Of a DNA stretch of 32,000 nucleotides, positions 1-8,760 are shown piece by piece. The stretch is from positions 210,001 to 242,000 of the forward strand of contig NC_007484.1 of assembly GCF_000012805.1 (NCBI RefSeq), given 5' to 3'. Under the pieces are notes generated by a model. That model made no database searches. It worked only from the letters and a program-made list of their open reading frames with translations, and was not told the DNA's origin. Every line of letters starts with the position of its first letter. Within the stretch, counting starts at the first letter, position 1. The stretch is from Nitrosococcus oceani ATCC 19707 (lineage in GTDB: Bacteria > Pseudomonadota > Gammaproteobacteria > Nitrosococcales > Nitrosococcaceae). A program made the position numbers and the translations under genes.

Positions 1-415
1 CAGTCACTTTCATGGGCGCTATCAGGGTCATCAAGCGGCTGATAAGGAATATATTTTGGCCCATTTATTAGATCCTAAAGTCGTAATTTTAGACGCCCGT
101 TCTCCGGCTGAATATCATGGCGAATATGTCCGCGCCCAACGGGGGGGGCATATTCCAGGCGCGGTAAATTTTGAGTGGACTCAGGCCATTGACCAGGAGC
201 GCAATTTGCGATTTAAACCCATGGATGAACTGCGTTCCAGCTTGGAAGCTTTGGGGATTACTCCCGACAAGGAAGTTATTTGCTATTGCCAGACTCACCA
301 TCGCTCAGCCCATACTTGTATGGTACTGAAATATTTAGGATATCCCAAAATTAAGGGCTACCCAGGTTCTTGGTCGGAGTGGGGGAACGCTCCGGATACG
401 CCTATTAAAGTGTAA
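1..415 (+). CDS. Rhodanese-domain sulfurtransferase (RhdA-like thiosulfate sulfurtransferase), 5' end outside the window
   Basis: Frame 2 is open from nt 2 to TAA 413-415, so the TTG at 56 in the ORF track is probably internal. The catalytic rhodanese domain has the active-site loop C-Q-T-H-H-R-S (Azotobacter RhdA type) and a HIPGAVN motif. Confidence 0.8.
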   Translation, partial: SHFHGRYQGHQAADKEYILAHLLDPKVVILDARSPAEYHGEYVRAQRGGHIPGAVNFEWTQAIDQERNLRFKPMDELRSSLEALGITPDKEVICYCQTHHRSAHTCMVLKYLGYPKIKGYPGSWSEWGNAPDTPIKV

Positions 416-422
416 AAAAACA

Positions 423-1235
423 ATGACATCGCTGCCTCATCTGAAAATCGCGAATGATCGCAGCGAATTTATTAATGTGCTGCAGTTAACGGATTCCCAT
501 TTGCTGGCGGATTCGGAGGCTTTTTTATGGAACGATTTAAATACTCGTAGGTCGTTGGTGGCAGTTCTTAACCATATTCAGCAACAGGGGCTGCTGGGAG
601 ACCTGATGGTGATCAGTGGCGATATTGCCGAAAAAGCTGAACCGGAAGCGTATTATTGGCTGCTGGAGCGTTGCCAAGAACTAGGGCTGCCGGTCTATTG
701 TCTTCCCGGAAATCATGACGATCCAGTGCTTATGGATGAGATTCTAAATGGGATGAACGTTAGCACCGAGTCTTTAGTGACACTCAAAAACTGGCAGCTT
801 ATTTTTCTCAATTCTGTTGTTACTCAGCGAAGCCATGGACATTTAAGCAAAGGACAATTGGGGTTTCTTAACCGTAGTCTAGCCGATAGTCTAGATTTGA
901 ATACGCTAATTTTCCTTCACCATCCTCCCGTAGCCCTAGGAAGTCCTTGGATGGATGCCATGGGAGTGGATAACGCAGCAGATTTTTTTGCAGTACTGGA
1001 TTTGTACCCCCAGGTGCGGGGTGTTGCCTGGGGCCATGCCCATCAAGAATTTCATACCGAGCGCCAAGGGGTTCAATTATTGGGTAGTCCTTCTACCTGC
1101 GTCCAATTTGTTCCTGGCAGTGAGCATTTTCAACTGGACCAGCGAGGACCGGGTTATCGTTGGTTGATATTATTGCCCGGTGGTCAAATTGAGACTCGGG
1201 TTTATTATGTGGATTGCCCCCCTCCTGCTCGATAG
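423..1235 (+). CDS. cpdA: 3',5'-cyclic-nucleotide phosphodiesterase, class III metallophosphoesterase
   Basis: 270 aa. Carries the calcineurin-like metallophosphoesterase motifs in order: LTDSH, GDIAE, LPGNHDD, FLHHPP and WGHAHQ. Size and motif spacing match CpdA. Confidence 0.85.
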   Translation: MTSLPHLKIANDRSEFINVLQLTDSHLLADSEAFLWNDLNTRRSLVAVLNHIQQQGLLGDLMVISGDIAEKAEPEAYYWLLERCQELGLPVYCLPGNHDDPVLMDEILNGMNVSTESLVTLKNWQLIFLNSVVTQRSHGHLSKGQLGFLNRSLADSLDLNTLIFLHHPPVALGSPWMDAMGVDNAADFFAVLDLYPQVRGVAWGHAHQEFHTERQGVQLLGSPSTCVQFVPGSEHFQLDQRGPGYRWLILLPGGQIETRVYYVDCPPPAR

Positions 1236-1315
1236 GCGGTGACTGCCGCAGTCTGGGCTTTTCTGGGTTCGGGGGAGCAGAATTCAAAGCAAGTAGAAGA
1301 AGATTTTGCTGAAGG

Positions 1316-1726
1316 ATGTCTAAGCCAACCTTTTTTGTAGTTGCTGTAGCTGTGTTTCTGGTTCACGATAACCGTTTTCTTGCTTTGCGCCGCAGTACTT
1401 CCAAGGCTGTAGCGCCAGGGGCATGGGAGGTGATTTCAGGCAAAGTCGAGCGGGGCGAATTACCCCATGAAACCGCCCGGCGGGAAACCTATGAGGAAAC
1501 AGGGATAACGGTTGCTTTGGATGAGCGGCCTGTCACCACCTATCAGGCTGATTATGGCATGGCTCCTATGATAGTGTTGGTCTACCGTGGAAAAAGGCTA
1601 GCAGGGGAGGCTTCTCTTTCCAGCGAGCATGAGGCCATGGCTTGGGTAACCGAGGATGAATTTGCTCAATTGTGCCTCTATGGGGAACTCGTGGAGGCAG
1701 CCCGGTGGGCCCTTAAGGTGCCCTGA
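1316..1726 (+). CDS. NUDIX hydrolase
   Basis: 136 aa with a complete Nudix box, GKVERGELPHETARRETYEETGI (GX5EX7REUXEEXGU). A GAAGG Shine-Dalgarno lies directly upstream of the ATG. Confidence 0.85.
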   Translation: MSKPTFFVVAVAVFLVHDNRFLALRRSTSKAVAPGAWEVISGKVERGELPHETARRETYEETGITVALDERPVTTYQADYGMAPMIVLVYRGKRLAGEASLSSEHEAMAWVTEDEFAQLCLYGELVEAARWALKVP

Positions 1727-2055
1727 TGAAAGTTTAGTGGCGAATTTATCTTTCAAAAAAGAGCGCTGTTTTCCCTTAGAAAGGATTCCGCCGGCAGATC
1801 ACGCAGCTGCCAGCCTTAAGTCTGAACTGTTTCCTCCAACCACGCCCGTATCTGCCCTCCATTCGCTTTATCCATAAACTTTATATGGTTTGGTCTAATC
1901 CCCAGCGGTTCCCTAGCCATATGCTTATTTCCCTGGCAGCGTTTTCACCACCGCTTAAAGATCCTCTCTGAAACTGAAGACTGCATCGCACTAATCCTTG
2001 AGATCGATCCTGACGGGCTTCGGTAATCTTCATATCTATATATACCCTTAACAAG

Positions 2056-2111
2056 GCACACTTTTATTTTTATCGACTATATAAATATAGTCGATAAAAA
2101 TAAAAGTGTGC
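2056..2111. repeat. 56-bp perfect palindrome (27-nt arms, 2-nt centre) just upstream of the sulfatase RBS
   Basis: Read directly: GCACACTTTTATTTTTATCGACTATAT-AA-ATATAGTCGATAAAAATAAAAGTGTGC. The arms have no mismatch and are AT-rich. It ends 5 nt before GAGGGGG (2117-2123). Confidence 0.95.
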
Positions 2112-2125
2112 TTCCCGAGGGGGAA

Positions 2126-3991
2126 ATGATGGCAAAAAGCAATAATCTATCGCGCCGGCAATTTCTGAAAACGACCGGTGCCGTGGCGATGGCTAGCAGC
2201 GTAGCTGGTTTCAGTGATGTGCTGGCGGTGCGAGACTGGTCGCATCCAGGCCGCGGCCTCCGGGGGCGACCCAATATCCTGTTGATGCTGGTCGACGAGA
2301 TGCGTTACCCGCCAGTGTTCGAAGGGTTGGGTGCTCAACAGTTTCGTCAAACCTATCTTAAGACCCAGAATGCTTTGCGTGCGAGCGGCGTCGAGTTTCA
2401 TCGTCACTACGCCGCTGCCACCGCCTGCGCGCCCAGTCGCGCTTCGATCTTCACCGGACACTATCCGTCGCTGCATGGTGTAACTCAGACTACTGGTGCC
2501 GCCAAGGAAGAAAATGACCCAGACGTGTTCTGGCTCGACCCTGCCAGTGTTCCCACCATGGGCGATTATTTCCAGGCCGGTGGCTATCGCACGTTCTACA
2601 AGGGCAAGTGGCATGTGTCCAATGCTGATTTGCAGATTCCAGGCACGCATGATCAGCTTCTTAGCTATGACGACCAGGGCAATCCTGACCCCGGCAAGCA
2701 GCAACTATACCTTGAAGCCGACCGGCTAGCAGATTATGGTTTTGAGGGCTGGATCGGACCTGAGCCTCATGGTAAAGCGCCGCTTAATACCGGTTCTAGC
2801 CCAGCCCAAGGCCAAGGCCGGGATGTTGGTTTTGCTACCCAGGTGGTTAATTTGATTCAGCAACTCGGCACCGAACGCCACAGCGCCCCGTGGTTGACCG
2901 TAGCCTCCTTGGTGAACCCCCACGACATCGCCCTGTGGGGTTACGTCGCGCGCCATACGGGGCTGTTCAACTTCACAGTGGAGGATATTGTTCCCGCGTT
3001 TACCGAGCTGTTCGACCCAGTGATGTTTGCACAAACGCTCGCTGACGACTTAACTACCAAACCATCCTGCCAGCAGAGTTATCAAGAGTCATACAACGAA
3101 TGGATGCAGGGAGTGCCACCGCATGACTATTTCCGGTTTTACTATCAGCTTCACAAGAATGTTGATGACGAACTGTACAAGCTCTATCAGGCCTTGCAGC
3201 AATCCCCCTTTTATGACAATACGATCGTGATCTTCACTTCCGATCATGGCGATCTGCTTGGCGCCCATCGCTATATGCACCAAAAGTGGTACCAAGCCTA
3301 CGATGAAGCGGTGCGCGTCCCATTGATCATCTCCAATCCACACTTGTTCCCAGAGCCGCGTTCCATTGACAGCGTCACCAGCCACGTGGATCTGCTGCCG
3401 ACCCTGCTGAGCCTTGCCCGGCTCAAGCAGGCCAGGCTGCGCCGCAAGGTTGCCAAAGGCCACAGCGATCCGGTGCCCCTAGTCGGGCGCAATCTCAGAC
3501 GGCTAGTACTTGGCCGTAATCGCCGGCCAGTCGCTGATCCCGTCTATTTCATGACCGATGACGATATGAGCCGCGGTCTCGATCAGGAAAACTTTATCGG
3601 TATCGCCTACGGGTCGGTGATTCAACCGAGTCACGTGGAGACCGTCATCGTAGAGATCGACGGCGAGGTCTGGAAGTACAGTCGCTACTTCGATAACAAA
3701 CAATTCTGGAGCGATCCGAGCCAGCCCAAGGATGTCGTGACCCAAGTAGAGAATAAGCTCATTGACCCGCCGGCCGGCACCTACGATGTTAATGCGACCC
3801 AGAGCTTCAAATACGAGCCAGAGCCTGATGAGTACGAAATGTACAATGTTACCCAGGATCCGATGGAACTCGATAATTTGTACGGCAATCTCGTCTATGC
3901 GGCGATGCAGACCCACTTGGCAACACTGCTAGACCAGCAGCGCGCTCAAAAGCGTCTTACACCGATCAGCGGCGTCGTTCCAGGTCAGTAA
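2126..3991 (+). CDS. Tat-exported Cys-type sulfatase (arylsulfatase family)
   Basis: Twin-arginine signal SRRQFLKTTGAVAMASS. Formylglycine signature C-A-P-S-R-ASIFTG, N-terminal LVDEMR metal ligand region and FTSDHGD. The ORF track starts at GTG 2108 inside the palindrome. ATG 2126 or 2129 behind GAGGGGG is more likely. Confidence 0.85.
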   Translation: MMAKSNNLSRRQFLKTTGAVAMASSVAGFSDVLAVRDWSHPGRGLRGRPNILLMLVDEMRYPPVFEGLGAQQFRQTYLKTQNALRASGVEFHRHYAAATACAPSRASIFTGHYPSLHGVTQTTGAAKEENDPDVFWLDPASVPTMGDYFQAGGYRTFYKGKWHVSNADLQIPGTHDQLLSYDDQGNPDPGKQQLYLEADRLADYGFEGWIGPEPHGKAPLNTGSSPAQGQGRDVGFATQVVNLIQQLGTERHSAPWLTVASLVNPHDIALWGYVARHTGLFNFTVEDIVPAFTELFDPVMFAQTLADDLTTKPSCQQSYQESYNEWMQGVPPHDYFRFYYQLHKNVDDELYKLYQALQQSPFYDNTIVIFTSDHGDLLGAHRYMHQKWYQAYDEAVRVPLIISNPHLFPEPRSIDSVTSHVDLLPTLLSLARLKQARLRRKVAKGHSDPVPLVGRNLRRLVLGRNRRPVADPVYFMTDDDMSRGLDQENFIGIAYGSVIQPSHVETVIVEIDGEVWKYSRYFDNKQFWSDPSQPKDVVTQVENKLIDPPAGTYDVNATQSFKYEPEPDEYEMYNVTQDPMELDNLYGNLVYAAMQTHLATLLDQQRAQKRLTPISGVVPGQ

Positions 3992-4013
3992 AGCAGTAAA
4001 AATCAGCAATACG

Positions 4014-4932
4014 ATGAAGTTGCAGCCGAGAAACTTTGGAGTAGCTTTGCAGGGCCAATACAAGGCGGGGAAGAGTAACAAAGATGCGAGTTAAGGTATA
4101 TTGGCGGCTGCCGAGTTAGACGAGGTAAAGCCTGAGGCTTTATGGGCGCAAACGATGAATTCGTCCGCCATATCCCAGTTGACAGCTTTTACGGCGCAGA
4201 GTGTTGCTAAGCAAGTTGTTGGAGAACTCACGTCGTGGGGCATGGCATCTCTAGGCTTTCCGGGCACTGATGGCACCGCCAAACTTGAAAGCCTGCTTAA
4301 AAAGTGGCCGCGGAGCTGGCTACCATCGAATAGAACATCGCTGATCTGGACTGTATTGATAATGCGACCGAAGCCCAGAACGCGGTCGCCCGCATTCAGG
4401 GCACCTGGAACACCTACCAGCTCATGGTTCAGGCCAGCTACATTGATCCGATCACTCAGACCAGTTAGCAGAACTATGTGCGTGGCGTTGGCGACAATTC
4501 GCTGACCGCCGATCTGCAACTGGTTTCCGATGATTTCACTGGGCAGAACAGCGGCCAGTCCATTCTAGCAAGCTGTGAGACGGCCGCCGATGTCAAGGTG
4601 CCGAAAAAGGACACTTTGGACGACCGGCCTGCCTGGGAATTTTCCACCAGCCTGATCGAGTATTATGCCGATACCGAGATTGTCGGCGTAGCCATGTTGG
4701 CCGACGATTTTCACCTACAGGTCATCAGCACTGGCTGGCCGAAGATAACGCCGCAGGCGATACCACTACTGATAATCTGCCGGTTGTGGAGTGCGGCAAC
4801 CCGCCTGCCAATTTGTCACGCACGGGCGCCTGTGCCTCCGCCGCCGATTATTACACCCACTACCGGCAGAACGTTGTCGCCGTCCTCGACTATGGCGGGG
4901 CACCCTATTCCACCGATCACAGTTACTGCTGA
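4014..4932 (+). pseudogene. Decayed gene of unknown function (frameshifts plus in-frame stops)
   Basis: A protein-like reading can only be followed by switching frames. There is a +1 shift at the A-run near 4300-4305 and another shift near 4735-4745. In-frame stops occur at TAA 4092-4094, TAG 4330-4332 and TAG 4465-4467. The tail of the 185-aa ORF (4478..5035) is an out-of-frame Pro-rich read. The plausible C-terminus ...YGGAPYSTDHSYC ends at TGA 4930-4932. Confidence 0.45.
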
Positions 4933-5070
4933 ACGGCTGAGGTTTGCTCTGGGTGGTCGACCTCGGTACGGTAAAAACCGGTATATAGCTAACCGTGTCA
5001 AGGGGTTATACAGTAAGAGAGCAATGGGGTTATGATGAACGGTTTACCGCCAAGTAAAGGTTCATTGCCC

Positions 5071-5440
5071 ATGATGGCTACTCACTTACTGAAATGTGAA
5101 CTTAAGCGTTTTTTGCCCTAGCATCAAGCCCGTATCGAGTGTTTAGCGCAATTGATCGTGGCGATGGTTCCAGTGCGGACGGTGAATTTAACGCACTGGC
5201 CTTAGCTTTTGATGCGCTAGTGCAGCGGGAATTGGTTTATCAACGGGTGAAGCGCTTTTTTCATCACCATGTTTTTGAAACCGACTTAGCGGCGGTACGG
5301 GTGACGAGTTGGGTGGATTTGGGCGAGCGGTGGGTGCTGTGCTTGGATCGGACCCTCTGGCAGTTGGGGCACACGCCGATTAATGTATTGGTCCTGTCAG
5401 TGGCCTATGCTGAGGTGTCCGTGCCGCTACAGCTCATCCT
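5071..5440 (+). mobile_element. IS4-family transposase, N-terminal fragment only, degenerate
   Basis: The reading ..LKRFLP*HQARIECLAQLIVAMVPVRTVNLT / ALALAFD..YQRVKRFF...WVLCLDRTLWQLGHTPINVLVLSVAY..VPL matches the conserved N-terminal layout of IS4-type DDE transposases as I remember it. It has an in-frame TAG (5119-5121) and a frameshift near 5186-5195. The rest of the transposase is absent, and the fragment abuts the IS630 remnant. Confidence 0.5.
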
Positions 5441-6217
5441 AAATAAGATGATTCAATTTTAAAGAGTTTAGCAATAGAAGACAGAGTTTGTTTCTTTATG
5501 GCTTTTGTGTGTGCTCCTTTTTGTTCAATGGGGTTAAGGTCTGGGGAATAGGGCGGTAGATAAAGCACTGTGTGGGCTGCTTTTCGGAGAATAGCTTGCG
5601 TATCCTGACGTTGATGGAGCGTGGCATTATCCATGACACTAACGGATTGTGGCGGTAGTTTTGGCAGTAAATCCTGCGCTACCCATGCGGTAAAAATATC
5701 GGCATTAATATTCGTAGGGAACAGCCCGATGGTGAGCACAATTTTGCCAATCAAAGCGCCGATGGCATTCGTTCGGCCCTTTGCATGCCACCGTCACAAA
5801 GTCCGTAACAGCGTGCTCCAACCGGCGCATAGCCGTGTGTAGGCGGCCTATTATGGGCAAATCCACGCTCATCAAAGTAGACAATCGGGCGGCATTGTTG
5901 CTCCTACCATGTCATGATCCTCTGGAAGGTGCACCGTGCGCCTTCGCATCCCTTTGGGTGCATCAAGCTTTTTTTTATAGCTAACGCCCAGACAGCGCAG
6001 AGCATGGTTGATTCCCTGAACACGCACACCAAAACGGCTGCGCTCGCTCGTATTGATACGCATCCGGATTGTCCCGAACATCACTAGCCAGTGCGTCCAT
6101 ATCGAGCTTTGTCGCTGGTTTATTTCGGCTCGGTTTAGGCTCAGGCCCTTTTAGCCAACGTGTAACGCTCGCTACGCCCACACAAAACCCAGACGCCACC
6201 TCGGCAATGGTCATCAT
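5434..6217 (-). mobile_element. IS630/Tc1-mariner-family transposase, multiply disrupted (pseudogene)
   Basis: N-terminal HTH piece (IAEVASGF.V..ASVTRWLK, ..PDAYQYERA), middle piece RPIVYFDERGFAHNRPPTHGYAPVGARCYG, and C-terminal piece VMDNATLHQ...LYLPPYSPDLNPIEQ (DDE signature). These lie in at least four different frames. There are shifts near 6045, at the A8 run 5971-5978 and near 5775, plus an in-frame TAG in the piece after the A8 run. Element ends could not be defined. Confidence 0.75.
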
Positions 6218-6371
6218 GGCAAACTCTTAGGAAAACGCTTTGTTTTGGTATCGTACTGAGAGAAATCATACTGTTTCCTTGGAGAGGGTGCGTACCTGAT
6301 TGATTGTTATTCGCTAGGAGAGGCGTATGTAAACACTGGTTGCCGAATGGATCTCGCTATTAGATTGCTTA

Positions 6372-6399
6372 TTGAATTTTTTTTTAAATTCCGCATAAT
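6372..6399 (+). promoter_or_regulatory. Candidate sigma70 promoter for tRNA-Arg
   Basis: TTGAAT (6372-6377), a 16-nt T/A-rich spacer, then CATAAT (6394-6399). This is about 19 nt upstream of the mature tRNA 5' end. Prediction by eye only. Confidence 0.35.
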
Positions 6400-6417
6400 A
6401 GGCGTTTCTGCTTTTGT

Positions 6418-6494
6418 GCGCCCGTAGCTCAGTTGGATAGAGTACCTGGCTACGAACTAGGGGGTCGGGAGTTCGAATCTCTCCGGGCGCGCCA
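6418..6494 (+). tRNA. tRNA-Arg (anticodon ACG)
   Basis: 77 nt and folds as a cloverleaf. Acceptor GCGCCCG/CGGGCGC, D-arm GCTC-AGTTGGATA-GAGT, anticodon stem CCTGG/CTAGG with loop CT-ACG-AA, T-arm GGGAG-TTCGAAT-CTCTC, discriminator G and encoded CCA. Confidence 0.93.
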
Positions 6495-6936
6495 TATAAA
6501 TCAATGGCTTATGGTTCCTTTATATCAAGTCAACTTTATTTTTAGCAAAAAAGCTAAAAGTTACCTCCACTTTCCAAATCGCTAGACGCTAGAGTCAGAT
6601 TGTTTGAGCGAAACTTTTAAGCAGGCTGAGTCACGCTGCAGTTTCAGCAAGTGAAACCCGTACAAAGGCATCATGCTGAGCGGTTACTCGTTCAAAGGTG
6701 TGCCAATGCCTACCTTAACCCCATTAAAATGGCTTGGACAAAAGCTAAATATTTCCTCCAAAAAGTCCAGGCGCGAACCAAATCAGGAAATGCTATAAGT
6801 ACCTTGTAGCGGCGAATATGGCAATGATAAGATAAAAAATCAGAACTTTATGCAGCACTACATGTCTTTAAATTACTGACCGGTCGATTGGTAAATTACT
6901 ATCTATGAAAGGCGTATCCAACCATAGGAAGGCACT

Positions 6937-7581
6937 ATGATTAAGCGATCGGCAAGCCGTGATCAGGATACCCAAACATCTGGCCAAGGGCGGGAAGCTA
7001 TTCTTTCCGCGGCCAAGATCCAGTTTGCGGAGCAAGGCTATCATGGCACCACCCTTAGTCTAATTGCGGCCCATGCTAAGGTGTGTAAAGCTAATATTTT
7101 TCATCATTTTGGATCTAAAGAGGGGCTTTATCTGGCCGTTCTTAAGGATTACTGCGAGCAGCTAAGTCCTCTTCGTGGCGGCAGGTCGATTTCGGCGCCG
7201 ACTTGTCGAGAGCAGCTGCGGCAGTTTGCCCAAATTCACCTTGAGAATATGTTCAACGAGCCGGGCGCCGTGCAGCTTTTCCTCCGTGAGCTACTGGCCC
7301 AGGACTCTCACCGAAAGGAAATGCTTGCCAAGGGTGTGTTGGAGGGTAATTTTGCCCGGCTAGTTCAGATGGTTCGCGAGGGGCAGGCCGCGGGGGAAAT
7401 CCGCTCTACTATTGATCCGGCGGTTTTAGCGGTAGCGTTATTGGGAGCAGATGTTTTTTTCTTCATGGCGCGGGATGTGTTCCAGCATTTTCGGGATGTT
7501 AGTTTTGCTGAGGGAGTAGAAGACTACAGCAAGGCTTTGAGCGAAATTTTGCTAACGGGATGTTTGGTTGAACGGGATTGA
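6937..7581 (+). CDS. TetR/AcrR-family transcriptional regulator
   Basis: 214 aa with the N-terminal TetR HTH: ILSAAKIQFAEQGYHGTTLSLIAAHAKVCKANIFHHFGSKEGLY. AGGAAGG Shine-Dalgarno upstream. Sits first in the operon with the efflux genes. Confidence 0.9.
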   Translation: MIKRSASRDQDTQTSGQGREAILSAAKIQFAEQGYHGTTLSLIAAHAKVCKANIFHHFGSKEGLYLAVLKDYCEQLSPLRGGRSISAPTCREQLRQFAQIHLENMFNEPGAVQLFLRELLAQDSHRKEMLAKGVLEGNFARLVQMVREGQAAGEIRSTIDPAVLAVALLGADVFFFMARDVFQHFRDVSFAEGVEDYSKALSEILLTGCLVERD

Positions 7582-7662
7582 AGATCGGACATAAGCAAAT
7601 AATATGATTCGGATAAGCTTATTCTTGCGAAAATCCGGGGGCTAAGGAGTAAGGGATAGCCA

Positions 7663-8760
7663 ATGTTGAAGCGTCTTATAGTGGTACTGTTGGCCTTGGG
7701 TTTATTCTTCGGTGGTATCTTCGGCTGGAAATATCATCAGCAACAACAGCAAGCTGCCCAGGCGGCCATGCCGCCCCCGCCGGCTACCGTAGCCGCTGCG
7801 AAGGCCCGCCCAGAATCCTGGCGCACTTCTTTACATGCGGTGGGTAGCTTGGTAGCTACCCAGGGTGTTTATGTGACTAATGAGATTGCCGGGCTTATCG
7901 AAGCAATTAACTTCGAATCTGGAGAGCGGATTAAAAAAAACAAATTGTTACTGCAGCTTGAGGATAGTGTCGATAAAGCAGAACTTGAAGGTCTGCTGGC
8001 GGAACAGAAATTGGCGGAGCTGCAATTCCAGCGCAATGCCCGTTTGCTGAAAAAGAAAATGGTATCCCGTTCTATCTATGATGAGAGCCAGGCCCAGCTA
8101 GAAAACGCCCAAGCCATGGTAGCGGCCAAGCGGGCCTTGATACAAAAAAAGCAGATCCGGGCCCCTTTTTCTGGCTTATTGGGAATCCGCCAGGTCGATC
8201 TGGGTGAGTATTTAGCACCAGGTTCTCCTATTGTGCTCTTGCAGGCGCTCGATCCTATCTACGTGGATTATTCTCTGCCCGAGCGTTATTTTTCCTTGCT
8301 TGCTCAAGGTCAAACAGTTCTTATTACAGTCCAGGCTTATCCTGCTCAGCATTTTAAAGGCCGCATCACGGCGATTAATCCGGGAATTGACCCGAACAGC
8401 CGCAATGTCCAAGTGCGGGCTACTTTTGACAATCCAGAGCTTCATCTACGGCCGGGGATGTTTGCCGAAGTGCGAGCAGTATTACCGGAGAAAAAACAAG
8501 TCTTGACGGTGCCCCAAACAGCCATTACCTATAATCCCTATGGCGATATGGTGTTCATCATCCAGAAAGAAAACGGTGGCCTGGTGGTTCAGCAACAACC
8601 GGTGCGAACAGGGAAGGTGCGCCAGGGCCAGGTTGAGATTATCAAAGGATTGCAGGCCGGCGATTGGGTGGTCAGCGCGGGTCAAATGAAATTACATAGC
8701 GGTCAGCAAATTCGGATTAGCGAGCAAGAAGTACTGGATGGGCAGGTAGACGGCACATGA
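7663..8760 (+). CDS. RND efflux membrane-fusion (periplasmic adaptor) protein
   Basis: 365 aa. N-terminal membrane anchor, coiled-coil hairpin region (..AELEGLLAEQKLAELQFQRNARLLKK..AQLENAQAMVAAKRALI), lipoyl/beta-barrel motifs (IRAPFSGLLG, VLTVPQTAI). AGGAG RBS upstream. Confidence 0.9.
   Translation: MLKRLIVVLLALGLFFGGIFGWKYHQQQQQAAQAAMPPPPATVAAAKARPESWRTSLHAVGSLVATQGVYVTNEIAGLIEAINFESGERIKKNKLLLQLEDSVDKAELEGLLAEQKLAELQFQRNARLLKKKMVSRSIYDESQAQLENAQAMVAAKRALIQKKQIRAPFSGLLGIRQVDLGEYLAPGSPIVLLQALDPIYVDYSLPERYFSLLAQGQTVLITVQAYPAQHFKGRITAINPGIDPNSRNVQVRATFDNPELHLRPGMFAEVRAVLPEKKQVLTVPQTAITYNPYGDMVFIIQKENGGLVVQQQPVRTGKVRQGQVEIIKGLQAGDWVVSAGQMKLHSGQQIRISEQEVLDGQVDGT

Noticed and set aside
2147-3916. 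Minus-strand ORFs (2147..2704, 2726..3034, 3089..3463, 3503..3916) across the sulfatase
   Set aside because: They lie entirely inside a well-supported plus-strand sulfatase gene. They have no start context or motifs, so they are shadow ORFs.
4091-4519. 142-aa minus-strand ORF opposite the decayed gene
   Set aside because: It has no motifs and no start context. The plus-strand stitched reading looks far more protein-like, so it was treated as a shadow ORF.
5966-5980. A8 run inside the IS630 transposase as a programmed ribosomal frameshift site
   Set aside because: Some IS elements use A-runs for programmed -1 slippage. Here the downstream frame needs a +1 correction. The gene also has at least two further frameshifts and an internal TAG, so simple decay is the better explanation.
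6255-6320. CUGAGA, GGGUGCG and ACCUGAU strings reminiscent of a TPP riboswitch
   Set aside because: The elements are in the wrong order (CUGAGA precedes GGGUGC). No thiamine-related gene follows, only a tRNA. The region is probably the end of the IS630 relic.
6495-6936. Integrase remnant or att repeat right after tRNA-Arg
   Set aside because: Reading all frames by eye gave no tyrosine-recombinase-like motif. I found no copy of the tRNA 3' end elsewhere in the window. The island idea is kept only as a low-confidence hypothesis.
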